From assembly GCF_035285525.1 (NCBI RefSeq), contig NZ_JAYKGW010000036.1, positions 13,058-45,057 on the forward strand: DNA of 32,000 nucleotides, written 5' to 3'. Every line of letters begins with the position of its first letter. The stretch's first letter is position 1. This document shows positions 9,783 through 18,921 of the stretch, piece after piece. Below the pieces are notes generated by a model. That model did not search any database, was not told the origin of the DNA, and saw only the letters and a program-made list of their open reading frames with translations. Both the position numbers and the translations under genes were made by a program. This DNA is from Okeania sp. (GTDB lineage Bacteria; Cyanobacteriota; Cyanobacteriia; Cyanobacteriales; Microcoleaceae).

Positions 9783-10547
9783 CCCTTTAACTAAGCTAGA
9801 CTTCATCGCACAAGGCATTGCATAAAATAAGGAGTCAACAGTTAGGGGAAAACTATACTGGTGAGTAGGAGAAAAAATTAAGTAAATATCTATGCTTAAT
9901 TTTTTTCTGATAATTTGACTCTAGAGATAAAGTTAATCAAAATAATTTATCTATCCATAATATATGGTATATATACTTACCAGGTAAAATTTTCAGGTTA
10001 CTTGTAATGTTACAGGTTGACCTGTGGAATGTGGGTTCTAGTTCATTAAACTTAAGACCGCCAAACTTAGAATTTGGAAACTATTCCCTTTCCGATAGAA
10101 GTTTACCTAGCCAAGTTTGGCTGTAAATTATATGCTGCAATGATCTACTGATTATAATCTTTTCTCAGGAAAGGAATATTTGAGAAAAATTATATTACCT
10201 AAATGTATATCGAAGATAAACTAGAAACATATGTCCGGCAATAATCCTATTTATATAGAGTATCAACAAACATTGGTAGATAAAAATAGGATTTACACAA
10301 AAAAACCAAGTTTTTAGGATAAATTCTTGTTTTTGAGAATAAACATTTAGGGAAGAACTGGGTTTCTGGGTTTTCCTGTGTAATGTGAAAATTCAGGGAC
10401 TTACCTTTCTATCAGGGAAATGAAAATTACCACGCAGTTTTTCCGCCTGTTGAAATGAGGTTTTGACAGAGTTGGTAATGTAACTTGAGCATATAGATAA
10501 TGAACATTTTAGTATTTTTGGCATTTTTAAGGTAGAGGAGACTAAAA

Positions 10548-11723
10548 ATGAAAGCCATGATTCTGGCCGCTGGAAAAGGAACTCGTGTTCGTCCAATCAC
10601 TTATAGCATTCCTAAACCAATGATTCCTATTCTCCAAAAACCGGTAATGGAATTTTTGGTGGAGTTGCTTCGTCAACACGGTTTTGACCAAATTATGGTC
10701 AATGTTAGTCATTTAGCAAAAGAAATAGAGGACTATTTTCGTGATGGTCAAAAGTTTGGGGTAGATATTGCTTATTCTTTTGAAGGACGAATTGAGGATG
10801 GAAATTTGATTGGGGAAGCATTGGGTTCTGCTGGTGGTATGAGGCGAATTCAAGATTTTTATCCTTATTTTGACGATACATTTGTGGTTCTTTGTGGTGA
10901 TGCTTTGATAGATTTAGACTTGACCGCAGCAATCAAATGGCATAAAGAAAAAGGCTCGATGGCGACTATAATTATGAAGTCTATTCCTCGTGAGGAAGTT
11001 TCTAGTTATGGTGTGGTAGTGACAGATGAAACAGGGCGAATTCAATCTTTTCAGGAGAAGCCAAAAGTTGACGAGGCTTTGAGTACCGATATTAATACTG
11101 GTATTTATATTTTTGAGCCAGAAGTGCTTGATTATATTCCTTCTGGAGTGGAATTTGATATTGGTGGTCAGTTGTTTCCTAAACTGGTAGAAATAGATGC
11201 TCCGTTCTATGGTGTGGCAATGGATTTTGAATGGGTGGATATTGGTAAGGTACCAGATTATTGGCGAGCAATTAGGGATGTATTAATGGGGGAAGTGAAA
11301 AATGTTTCTATTCCTGGTAGGGAGGTATCTCCAGGAATTTATACTGGTTTAAATGTGGCAGTTAATTGGGATAAGGTGGATATTGAGGGGCCTGTTTATA
11401 TTGGTGGTATGACCAAGATTGAGGATGGGGCGAAAATTATTGGGCCGACTATGATTGGTCCTAATTGCTGGATTTGTCGTGGGACTACTGTTGATAGTAG
11501 TGTTATTTTTGAGTATTCTCGTTTGGGTCCAGGGGTGCGTTTGGTTGATAAGTTGGTATTTGGTCGTTATTGTGTCGATAAGACTGGAGCTTCTATTGAT
11601 GTTCAAGCTGCTTCTCTTGATTGGTTGATTACTGATACTCGTCATCCTTTTCCTTCTTCTCCTCCTGTGGAGCATGAAACAATTAAGGAAATTAAGGATA
11701 TTCTGGAGCAAAATGGAGGTTGA
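10548..11723 (+). CDS. NDP-sugar pyrophosphorylase with C-terminal left-handed beta-helix (annotated type mannose-1-phosphate guanylyltransferase; resembles cyanobacterial UDP-glucose pyrophosphorylase CugP)
   Basis: 391 aa. N-terminal nucleotidyltransferase motif MILAAGKGTRVRPIT..PKPM. Hexapeptide-repeat C-terminal half. Strong SD GGAGGAG upstream. The CugP assignment is from memory of that family only. Confidence 0.85.
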   Translation: MKAMILAAGKGTRVRPITYSIPKPMIPILQKPVMEFLVELLRQHGFDQIMVNVSHLAKEIEDYFRDGQKFGVDIAYSFEGRIEDGNLIGEALGSAGGMRRIQDFYPYFDDTFVVLCGDALIDLDLTAAIKWHKEKGSMATIIMKSIPREEVSSYGVVVTDETGRIQSFQEKPKVDEALSTDINTGIYIFEPEVLDYIPSGVEFDIGGQLFPKLVEIDAPFYGVAMDFEWVDIGKVPDYWRAIRDVLMGEVKNVSIPGREVSPGIYTGLNVAVNWDKVDIEGPVYIGGMTKIEDGAKIIGPTMIGPNCWICRGTTVDSSVIFEYSRLGPGVRLVDKLVFGRYCVDKTGASIDVQAASLDWLITDTRHPFPSSPPVEHETIKEIKDILEQNGG

Positions 11724-11874
11724 TTCAGTTATCAGTTATAAGTTTTAGAATTATCTAGGAGTCAGGGTAGGTATTTTTGGGGGTCTGATTTTTCGGGAAC
11801 CGTAACCCTTGCTCTGTCGTGGTTCAAAAACGTAGCTCCCCACCGCTGATTTTAATAGGGATTAGTTGGGAACT

Positions 11875-11907
11875 AGAAACCCGGTTGCTTGAATAAATCG
11901 GGTTTCT
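11875..11907. repeat. family P hairpin, degenerate copy (P1)
   Basis: AGAAACCCG GTTGCTTGAATAAAT CGGGTTTCT. A 9-bp stem and the same arms as P2-P5. Confidence 0.6.
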
Positions 11908-12098
11908 TTGCGCTCCACCCCAAAGAGCGATCGATTATTGTAATGCTAATAACTGATAACTGAAAAGTTAGAAACTCCGTTAAACTTCAGGTGCTTAATA
12001 AAATGAAATTACTGTTGTGAAAGGGAAATACTGAGAAAATTTCTCGCCACATTTTCATTTTTAGTGCTTAAGGAAATGAAAAAAAGCGATCGCCTGAG

Positions 12099-12420
12099 TG
12101 GAAATAGTTAGGAACTTTTTTCCCACACTCAGAGTCGCGGGTGCTTTAACAAATGATAATAATTTGGCGGAATTAATTAATACTTGCCAGAATTAGGAAA
12201 ATTGTTATCACATTCTGTGAAGCACTCGAAAATGGAAATAGTTAGGAACTTTTTCCCCACACTCAGAATCGCGGGTGCTTTAACAAATGATAATAATTTG
12301 GCGGAATTAATTAATACTTGCCAGAATCAGGAAAATTTTTATCACATTCTGTGAAGCACCCGAAAATGGAAATAGTTAGGAACTTTTTCCCCACACTCAG
12401 AGCCGAGAGTGCTTTCGGAA
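12099..12420 (+). repeat. 134-bp tandem array, 2.4 units (candidate sRNA or micro-ORF genes)
   Basis: Unit starts are at 12099, 12233 and 12367. Units 1 and 2 differ at 5 positions. Each has TTGCCA-N16-TATCAC and a stem AAGCACYCG/CGGGTGCTT. Short ORFs lie at 12098-12196, 12232-12354 and 12366-12449. Confidence 0.85.
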
Positions 12421-12450
12421 ATAAAATTACTATTGCTATACAGAAATAGT

Positions 12451-12579
12451 CCAGTAGGGTGTGTGAGGCGCTAGCCGTAACGCACCATTATTAATTCAAA
12501 ATCATAAAGGAATTAATCATCTGCTCGTTAAACTTTCCTCAAAGATGGTGCGTTAGCAAAGCGTAACACACCCTACTGG
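12451..12579. mobile_element. family E MITE (CCAGTAGGGTGTGT ... ACACACCCTACTGG)
   Basis: 129 bp. The 14-nt terminal inverted repeat is perfect and extends imperfectly to ~35 nt (…GCGTAACGCACCAT / ATGGTGCGTTAGC…). Ends 6 nt from the speA stop codon. Confidence 0.75.
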
Positions 12580-12585
12580 CTTTAA

Positions 12586-14664
12586 TTAATTATTCAAATA
12601 AGTGTAACTACTCAAACTACTTTCATAATTTTGTAACAGCATTCGCGACTCTTTAATAGTAATTTTTTCCTCTTGTAAAGCCTGCTCAGTTTGACAACGA
12701 ATACTTTCAACTAAACCATCAGAATTATACTTAACATAATTCAAAACTTCTGTCATAGTGTCACCCTTAACGACGTGTTCAATTTTGTATCCTGAAGGAG
12801 TTAATTTAATATGCACAACATTAACATCACCAAACAAATTATGGAGATTACCCATAATTTCTTGGTAAGCACCTCCCAGAAACATTGCCAGATAATAAGG
12901 TTCAAAAATAGAAGAATTTTCTGATGTTTTGCTATCAAAATCTTCAGCATATTTATCACTAATTTTCAGAGTATGTAATTCTAATAATAATTTGACATCT
13001 CGTAAATCAATAAACTTCTCAATTTTCCCATCACTATCACAAGTAAGGTCAGCTAATATAGCTCTTTCTTTAGGCTCTTCATCTAAGCGATGAATAGGCA
13101 TAATTGGAAATAATTGATTAATCGCCCAACTATCAGGAGCAGATTGAAAAACAGAAAGGTTAATGTAATAGATAGATGCCATAATTTTTTCCATTTCCGC
13201 TAAATCATCTGGCACATATTCAGAGTCTTTTAATATGGCTTGAATTTTCCGAAAACATCCCCAGTATAGTTGTTCTACTTTTGCTCTTTCACTAATACTA
13301 AGATATCCAAAATTAAATAGACTAATAGATTCTTCTTTAAATTGAATAGCGTCGTGATATGCTTCCTGATAATTGTTTTGGTTAATAGATTGATAGGTTT
13401 CGTAGAGGTTTTGCAAAATTAAATGTTCGTCTTTATTAATAATTACTGATTCTTCTTTCGGAGCTTGACTAACTCCTAATACATCAAAAACTAAAACTGA
13501 TTGATGAGATGCTATTGCTCTCCCACTTTCGCTAATTAATATTGGAGGTAATATTTTTTTCTCTTCACAAGCTTCCTTAACTTCTGCCACAATATCATTA
13601 GCATAATTCTGCATATCATAATTTCTAGAAGCATAAAAGTTGGTTTTAGAACCATCATAATCAACTGCTAAACCACCTCCTACATCTAAGTATTTCATAT
13701 TTGCCCCTAGTTCAGCTAATTCTACATAAATTTGACTGGCTTCTCTAATAGCATCCTTAATCACACTAATTGAAGAAATTTGTGAACCAACATGAAAATG
13801 TAAGAGCTGTAAAGAATCTAAAATACCCCCATTTTTTAACTTATTAACAACTTGAATTATTTCCAAAATATTGAGACCAAATTTAGCGCGATCGCCTGTA
13901 GTTCCTGCCCAACGACCGATACCTTTAGTGCTGAGTTTTGCCCGAACTCCTACTACTGGTTTAATATTTAATTTTTTACTAGCTTCTATAACTAATTGTA
14001 CTTCTTCTACCTGTTCAATAACTATTATTAATGTTTTTCCTAACCGTTGAGCTAGCATGGCAGTCTCAATATATTCTCGGTCTTTATAACCATTACAAAT
14101 TATTAGTGAATCACTGGTATTTAAAGTAGCAATAGCTATTAATAATTCTGGTTTTGAACCAGCCTCTAAACCAAATTTATGAGGCTTCCCAAATTTAACT
14201 ATTTCTTCTACTAACTGACTATTTTGATTACATTTAACAGGAAATACACCTCGATAAATATTCTTATATTTATAACGAGCGATCGCTTTAGAAAAACAAG
14301 CATTTAATCGTTCAATTCTATCTTCAAGAATATCGGAAAATCGCAGAATTAAAGGTAGTCCTATATTTCTTTGTTTAATAGATTCAACAAGTTCGTATAA
14401 ATCTAAAGAACCTCCTAAATCGCCTTTAGGAGAAACTGTAACATGACCAGCAGAATTAATTGCAAAATAGGGATGACCCCAGCCAAGTATTCTATATAAT
14501 TTCTCACTATCTTCTATTACCCAAGATTTTTTTTCTTCAGACTTGATAGGATTAATATCTGTTTTATCTGTTTGAGAATTATTAGTTAATGATGTAGAAT
14601 TTGCAGTCTCAGAAAAGTTTTGATTTGTAGTTGATTGTAAATCCATTTTATTTTTCAATTCCAA
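12586..14664 (-). CDS. speA: biosynthetic arginine decarboxylase
   Basis: 692 aa. PLP-dependent group IV decarboxylase signatures (FPVKCN, HFHVGSQ, DVGGGLAVDYDG, EPGRA-like ESGRAI). Has a low-complexity N-terminal extension, so the start codon is not certain. Confidence 0.95.
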   Translation of the reverse strand: MELKNKMDLQSTTNQNFSETANSTSLTNNSQTDKTDINPIKSEEKKSWVIEDSEKLYRILGWGHPYFAINSAGHVTVSPKGDLGGSLDLYELVESIKQRNIGLPLILRFSDILEDRIERLNACFSKAIARYKYKNIYRGVFPVKCNQNSQLVEEIVKFGKPHKFGLEAGSKPELLIAIATLNTSDSLIICNGYKDREYIETAMLAQRLGKTLIIVIEQVEEVQLVIEASKKLNIKPVVGVRAKLSTKGIGRWAGTTGDRAKFGLNILEIIQVVNKLKNGGILDSLQLLHFHVGSQISSISVIKDAIREASQIYVELAELGANMKYLDVGGGLAVDYDGSKTNFYASRNYDMQNYANDIVAEVKEACEEKKILPPILISESGRAIASHQSVLVFDVLGVSQAPKEESVIINKDEHLILQNLYETYQSINQNNYQEAYHDAIQFKEESISLFNFGYLSISERAKVEQLYWGCFRKIQAILKDSEYVPDDLAEMEKIMASIYYINLSVFQSAPDSWAINQLFPIMPIHRLDEEPKERAILADLTCDSDGKIEKFIDLRDVKLLLELHTLKISDKYAEDFDSKTSENSSIFEPYYLAMFLGGAYQEIMGNLHNLFGDVNVVHIKLTPSGYKIEHVVKGDTMTEVLNYVKYNSDGLVESIRCQTEQALQEEKITIKESRMLLQNYESSLSSYTYLNN

Positions 14665-14710
14665 AGGGTTAAACTTGAGATTATTTTAACTTTTTAAGAT
14701 ACTAAAATTT

Positions 14711-14900
14711 TAGATATTTTTGATTCCATCATTATTAGTCAAGGTATCAGCTCAAAACTATTGTGGAATAGTTTTAGTTAAATTTACTCTTGATTGGCAA
14801 GTATGATGATTAACTTAAATTTTTAACATAATCAAATGTTAGATATTTTTGATTCCATCATTATTAGTCAAGGTATCAGCTCAAAACTATTGTGCAATAG
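14711..14900 (+). repeat. 62-bp direct repeat, two copies 129 bp apart, in the speA/ndk divergent region
   Basis: TAGATATTTTTGATTCCATCATTATTAGTCAAGGTATCAGCTCAAAACTATTGTG(G/C)AATAG occurs at 14711-14771 and 14840-14900. A third partial copy (AGCTCAAAAACTATTACC) lies at 14997-15014. The core resembles the interior of family B. Confidence 0.8.
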
Positions 14901-15089
14901 TGATAAAATCAATTCGGACTTAGAAACAATCAATTATTCCCCCCCATATTTCCTGTTCCTTCTTTTCTTGAGATGTATAGTACAAGTAAAAAGATTAGCT
15001 CAAAAACTATTACCCTAGAATTTGAGCAAAAAATCCCCTGTCCTGTAAAGTATTACTGTTAATTGAGCAAATTTTTAAGGAGTATTAGT

Positions 15090-15539
15090 TTGGAACGTAC
15101 CTTTATTGCAATTAAACCCGATGGTGTCCAAAGAGGACTTGTAGGCCAGATTATCAGTCGTTTTGAAACCAAAGGTTTTACTCTAGTTGGTCTAAAAAGT
15201 ATGAGTGTAAGTAAGGAACTGGCTGAAAAACACTACGATGTTCATAAAGAAAGACCATTTTTTCCAAGCTTAATACAATTTATTACATCTGGACCTGTAG
15301 TAGCAATGGTTTGGGAAGGAGAAGGAGTTGTGGCATCTGCGAGAAAAATTATTGGGGCAACTAATCCTTTGAGTGCTGAACCTGGTACAATTCGTGGTGA
15401 TTATGGAATTAGTGTTGGCCGTAATTTAATACATGGTTCTGATGCCATTGAGACTGCTAAAACTGAAATTAGTCTTTGGTTTAAAGAGGAAGAGTTAGTA
15501 TCATGGCAGCCTACTTTAACTCCCTGGATTGTAGAATAA
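15090..15539 (+). CDS. ndk: nucleoside diphosphate kinase
   Basis: The ORF-track frame opens at TTG 15063. The canonical Ndk N-terminus (M)[18 protein letters not shown] begins at in-frame TTG 15090, which sits 7 nt after a perfect AAGGAG (15077-15082). Active-site NLIHGSD is present. Confidence 0.93.
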   Translation: MERTFIAIKPDGVQRGLVGQIISRFETKGFTLVGLKSMSVSKELAEKHYDVHKERPFFPSLIQFITSGPVVAMVWEGEGVVASARKIIGATNPLSAEPGTIRGDYGISVGRNLIHGSDAIETAKTEISLWFKEEELVSWQPTLTPWIVE

Positions 15540-15747
15540 AACAAATAGAAAAAATTTTTTCCTGTCTGAAATATTTATCAGTTAGCTCCGTAGTTTGGCT
15601 AAATACAAAAGAAGAATAATTTTGAAGAAGGAAAAAATTTAATATTTATTTCAATTTGTAACAATAACAGTCTAGCAACTTCCAATTGTAGGTAAAATAC
15701 GGAAAATTAACTGGAAAGTAAACTACAAAAATAAGGAGTTTTAAACC

Positions 15748-15843
15748 ATGTCTTTATCTGATACCCAAGTATTGGTTGCTTTAGTAATTGCTCTAATCCC
15801 TGGAATCTTAGCATTCCGACTCTCAACTGAACTGTACAAATAA
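15748..15843 (+). CDS. psaM: photosystem I reaction centre subunit XII (PsaM)
   Basis: 31-codon ORF, too short for the ORF track: [37 protein letters not shown] lies 8 nt upstream. The sequence matches the PsaM pattern (..SDTQ....AL..AL.P..LA.RL.TELYK) from memory. Confidence 0.85.
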   Translation: MSLSDTQVLVALVIALIPGILAFRLSTELYK

Positions 15844-16068
15844 AATCTTGGCAATTAATTAAAATTTAATTTCTAAATCTGTCCTCACAGTTACTCCTTA
15901 ACAGGATAAAATTTTGGCTTGTTATCGAAGTCAGATATTATCATAAAGTTACTAGGAGAAAAGCTGCAAGGGCAGATTTTTTTATGGAATAGTTAAAAGA
16001 GCAAACATCTTACTATAAATCTTAAATTTTATCCATAAATTATCAATTCTTTTTCCTTCTATCAACAT

Positions 16069-16200
16069 ATAGCAATTCTAAAAACGAAACTTCTACCTGT
16101 TCCCTCCATACCTATTCCCTTTAAAAAGTAAATAAAAAAATGAAACTTCTACCTGTTCCCTGTTCCCTCTTCCCTGTTCCCTCTTCCCTAAAAAAAGATT
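16069..16200. repeat. family K-related segment with a T(G/C)TTCCC heptamer run
   Basis: ATAGCAATTCTA...GAAACTTCTACCTGTTCCCT occurs twice. Five tandem heptamers TGTTCCC/TCTTCCC lie at 16154-16188. Confidence 0.65.
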
Positions 16201-16371
16201 GAGTTGACATCCTGAATGAGAATACTTAAGCATAGATTAATATATTAGAAGTAAGCTCTCGCCCATTCAAACTGCTTATTTTATAAGTTGTAATCTTTGA
16301 TAAACTTAGAAAAAATATCTGATAGATGTTTAACAGCTTATAGTAATTAATTAACTTATCCAGACAAATAT

Positions 16372-16761
16372 ATGCAAGCCACTCAACCTACTCAATTTTC
16401 ACAAGTTTCTCAGAATTATTCTAGTAAAGTCAAACCTAGCGCACCCTCTAAAAAAAATAAATTTACTCATTTAGGAATTGAAACTACAGCTAAATTATTA
16501 ACTAATATTCTAATATCCGCTTTTGTAACTTCAGCTCTACTAAAATTGTTACCTCATTATCAATCTATTCAAGAAAAACTACAAGTTATTGAATCTGAAA
16601 TTGAAGCTACAACAGACAGACTAAATAATCAGAAAGAAGATTTTAGCCGTTATTTTGATCCTAGTCAAGCTAAAACTATTATGCAAGAACAAAGCAATCA
16701 AGTAGACTCTAATCAAATACCTATTATTTGGCTAGAAGATGATAGTGAGAAATCTAAATAG
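16372..16761 (+). CDS. hypothetical single-pass membrane protein with coiled coil
   Basis: 129 aa. One TM helix (LLTNILISAFVTSALLKLL) followed by a coiled-coil segment (IQEKLQVIESEIEATTDRLNNQKEDF). No recognisable family. Confidence 0.5.
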   Translation: MQATQPTQFSQVSQNYSSKVKPSAPSKKNKFTHLGIETTAKLLTNILISAFVTSALLKLLPHYQSIQEKLQVIESEIEATTDRLNNQKEDFSRYFDPSQAKTIMQEQSNQVDSNQIPIIWLEDDSEKSK

Positions 16762-16770
16762 GGAGTAGGG

Positions 16771-16896
16771 AGCAGGGAGTAGTTAATAGTTAGGATTTAG
16801 GGAAGTTTTATAAGAGGTGGTTATTTATAATCCTCTTTTAGTTTTTCTATTTTATAGGTAGTAGGGAGTAGTTAAGAGTCAAGATTTAGGGAAGTT
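16771..16896 (+). repeat. direct repeat (period 89 bp) GGGAGTAGTTAA.AGT.A.GATTTAGGGAAGTT
   Basis: Copies at 16771-16807 and 16858-16896 flank a hairpin AAGAGG...CCTCTT. The repeat lies immediately after the stop of ORF 16372-16761. Confidence 0.6.
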
Positions 16897-16971
16897 CTAA
16901 TTGTTCAAACCTTGTATTTCTATATGCTTTGATAAATAATTCAGCCAACCCTAATTAAATTAATAACTTAA

Positions 16972-17006
16972 AGCTGATAGCTAATAACTGATAGCTGAAT
17001 GCTTAC
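16972..17006 (-). repeat. family S end, 2 nt after the ctp stop codon
   Basis: The minus strand reads GTAAGCATTCAGCTATCAGTTATTAGCTATCAGCTT. Confidence 0.65.
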
Positions 17007-17008
17007 AT

Positions 17009-18247
17009 TTAAGCTGCCTTTTCTAATACAAATTGAGATATTATAAGCTCTACAGCAGCTTGATATTGTTTATCAACTTCTGTGGTAATTTGATTAGGTA
17101 AAATTGACTCTTGCTTAACCAAAATATCAGGAACAATTCCCAGTTTATTAATATCTTTATGATTTGGCGTTTCATACTTAGCAACAGTAACTGCTAATCC
17201 CGAACCATCAGATAAATCAAATAAAGATTGAATTAACCCTTTACCAAAAGTTTTTTCACCTACTAATAAAGCACGACTATTATCTTGAAGTGCCCCAGCT
17301 AAAATTTCACTTGCACTGGCAGTTCCCTGATTAGTTAAAACAACTAATGGGGCATTAGTTATAGCAGAACCTTCAGCAGAGAAACTATCAAGAACTCTTT
17401 GTCTATTAACTGTATAAACAATTGTACCTTCCTCTAACCAGAGACTAGCAATTTCTATACCAGCTTGTAAAAGTCCACCTGGATTATTGCGTAAATCAAG
17501 TATATATCCAATCGCTCCTTTTTCCTCAAAATTTTCTACTGCTTGACTGATTTCTGTAGTAGCATTAGCATTAAATTGATTCAGACGAATATAACCAATC
17601 GGTCCAGCTTCAGAGTTAGACTTTAACCTAGCATAGACTGGATTAATTTCTATTTGTTCCCGAATTATAGTTATATCTTGGGGTTGGTTCCTACTTTTTT
17701 TCAAAATGGTTAGTACCACAGAAGAACCAATAGTACCCCGCATTCTATTTGCAGCTTCATCTAATGAAAATTCTGTGGTGGGATGGCCATCAATTTTAAT
17801 TACGCGATCGCCCGCTTGGATACCAGCAGTTTCAGCAGGAGAACCTTCTAAGGGAGAAATAACTATTACTTCTCCTGTTTTAGAGTCTAAAGCAATTTGT
17901 AAACCTACTCCTATTAATTCTCCAGAAGTATCGACTTGCAAATTACGGTATTGTTGTGGTTTAAGAAGTCGGGTGAAAGGATCTTCTAGACTAGCCAACA
18001 TTTCTTCGATAGTGTTGTAAGTTTCTTCTCTAGTTTTTAGGGGTTTCTTCATTAATTTTTGACGCTTAAACCACCAGTTCTGATGGTTGAAAGAATCATC
18101 TATATAAGCCAAATTAACTATACGCCAAGCTTCCCCTAATAATTTTTGTTCTTCTGTTAATGCTGTTGCCGAAGAAGTCCAGAGTCCCCAGTTCAGAATA
18201 GTTGGTAATATTAATAGAAATATAATTTGGAAAAATCTTTTTTTCAT
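17009..18247 (-). CDS. carboxyl-terminal processing protease, S41 family (CtpA/B/C paralogue not resolved)
   Basis: 412 aa. Signal/anchor sequence, PDZ segment (GVGLQI...GSPAETAGIQAGDRVIKIDG) and S41 catalytic region (LDLRNNPGGLL, GTASASEILAGAL, TFGKGLIQ). Confidence 0.93.
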   Translation of the reverse strand: MKKRFFQIIFLLILPTILNWGLWTSSATALTEEQKLLGEAWRIVNLAYIDDSFNHQNWWFKRQKLMKKPLKTREETYNTIEEMLASLEDPFTRLLKPQQYRNLQVDTSGELIGVGLQIALDSKTGEVIVISPLEGSPAETAGIQAGDRVIKIDGHPTTEFSLDEAANRMRGTIGSSVVLTILKKSRNQPQDITIIREQIEINPVYARLKSNSEAGPIGYIRLNQFNANATTEISQAVENFEEKGAIGYILDLRNNPGGLLQAGIEIASLWLEEGTIVYTVNRQRVLDSFSAEGSAITNAPLVVLTNQGTASASEILAGALQDNSRALLVGEKTFGKGLIQSLFDLSDGSGLAVTVAKYETPNHKDINKLGIVPDILVKQESILPNQITTEVDKQYQAAVELIISQFVLEKAA

Positions 18248-18809
18248 AAAATGAAAGTATATATTTAGATAGGGCTAGCTGATTAAATCTAAAATTTTTT
18301 ATAGGTCGTTTCAGTTATCAGTTATCAGTACCTCTAGCTGTTTACGCAGTATTTGGGGGGAAAGCAAGAGGCTTGAAATATGGAATTTTTTCTCTTGCCA
18401 AGTTTTTAGATAGCTCAAGTTCCTCAAGTTAGTATTTTCGGATAACGGGAGGTAGAAAAGTCAACTCTACCATTATAAACAACTACTTCCTTTATAATTC
18501 CTATTCATCTTGACTTTGTGAAGTTCCATGAAACGTCCCTACCCCCTGGTTCAAAAAAAGACTTTCATAAGCAAACCCTAAACAATACCGTTTTGAAAAA
18601 ATAATGGGACAAAAAGGTAGATATGAATCGGAAATAGTTAAAAATAGCTGCTCCAATTAAGTTTTAGATAGAGATAAATATCGTTTATTCCTTTTTTTTC
18701 ATAACTTACGACAATGTACTATATATAGATTCAAAAAACGATTTTGCTCTAGTTTTAACCACTATATCTAGATGCACTGCCTAATTCCTGTTTTTATTAA
18801 AGGTTTTTT

Positions 18810-18921
18810 CCTTCTTCCTTCTTACTTCTTCCTTCTTCCTTCTTACTTCTTACTTCTTCCTTCTTCCTTCTTCCTTCTTCCTTCTTCCTTCTTCCTTCTT
18901 CCTTCTTCCTTCTTCCTTCTT
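18810..18921 (+). repeat. heptamer microsatellite (CCTTCTT)13 + (ACTTCTT)3, 16 uninterrupted units
   Basis: Counted unit by unit from 18810. The ACTTCTT variants are units 3, 6 and 7. Confidence 0.95.

Noticed and set aside
10705-11711. Minus-strand ORFs 10705-10932 and 11349-11711 inside the NDP-sugar pyrophosphorylase gene
   Set aside because: They are antisense to a well-supported gene. Their translations are low-complexity (N/S/I/R rich), typical of AT-rich antisense frames.
12220-12280. Resemblance of CACCC...GGAAAUAG...AGGAAC to the glutamine (glnA RNA) riboswitch core
   Set aside because: As I remember the motif, the 3-prime GGAAC must pair with a 5-prime GUUCC-type strand. No such strand is present, and no downstream gene follows the array. 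It is still worth a covariance-model check.
12099-12420. Could the 134-bp array be a CRISPR array?
   Set aside because: The units are contiguous and near-identical over the whole 134 bp. There is no alternation of short repeats with unique spacers, and no cas genes lie nearby.
14836-15018. 60-aa ORF. The same applies to 10393-10596, 19033-19224, 20025-20225 and 30805-30993.
   Set aside because: They lie in repeat-derived or leader DNA, lack SD sequences and recognisable domains, and overlap better-supported features.
17706-18020. 104-aa plus-strand ORF inside ctp. The same applies to 19534-19764 in petB, 20328-20684 in petD and 6004-6216 over the ssb start.
   Set aside because: They are alternative-frame or antisense ORFs within strongly supported genes and have no recognisable motifs.
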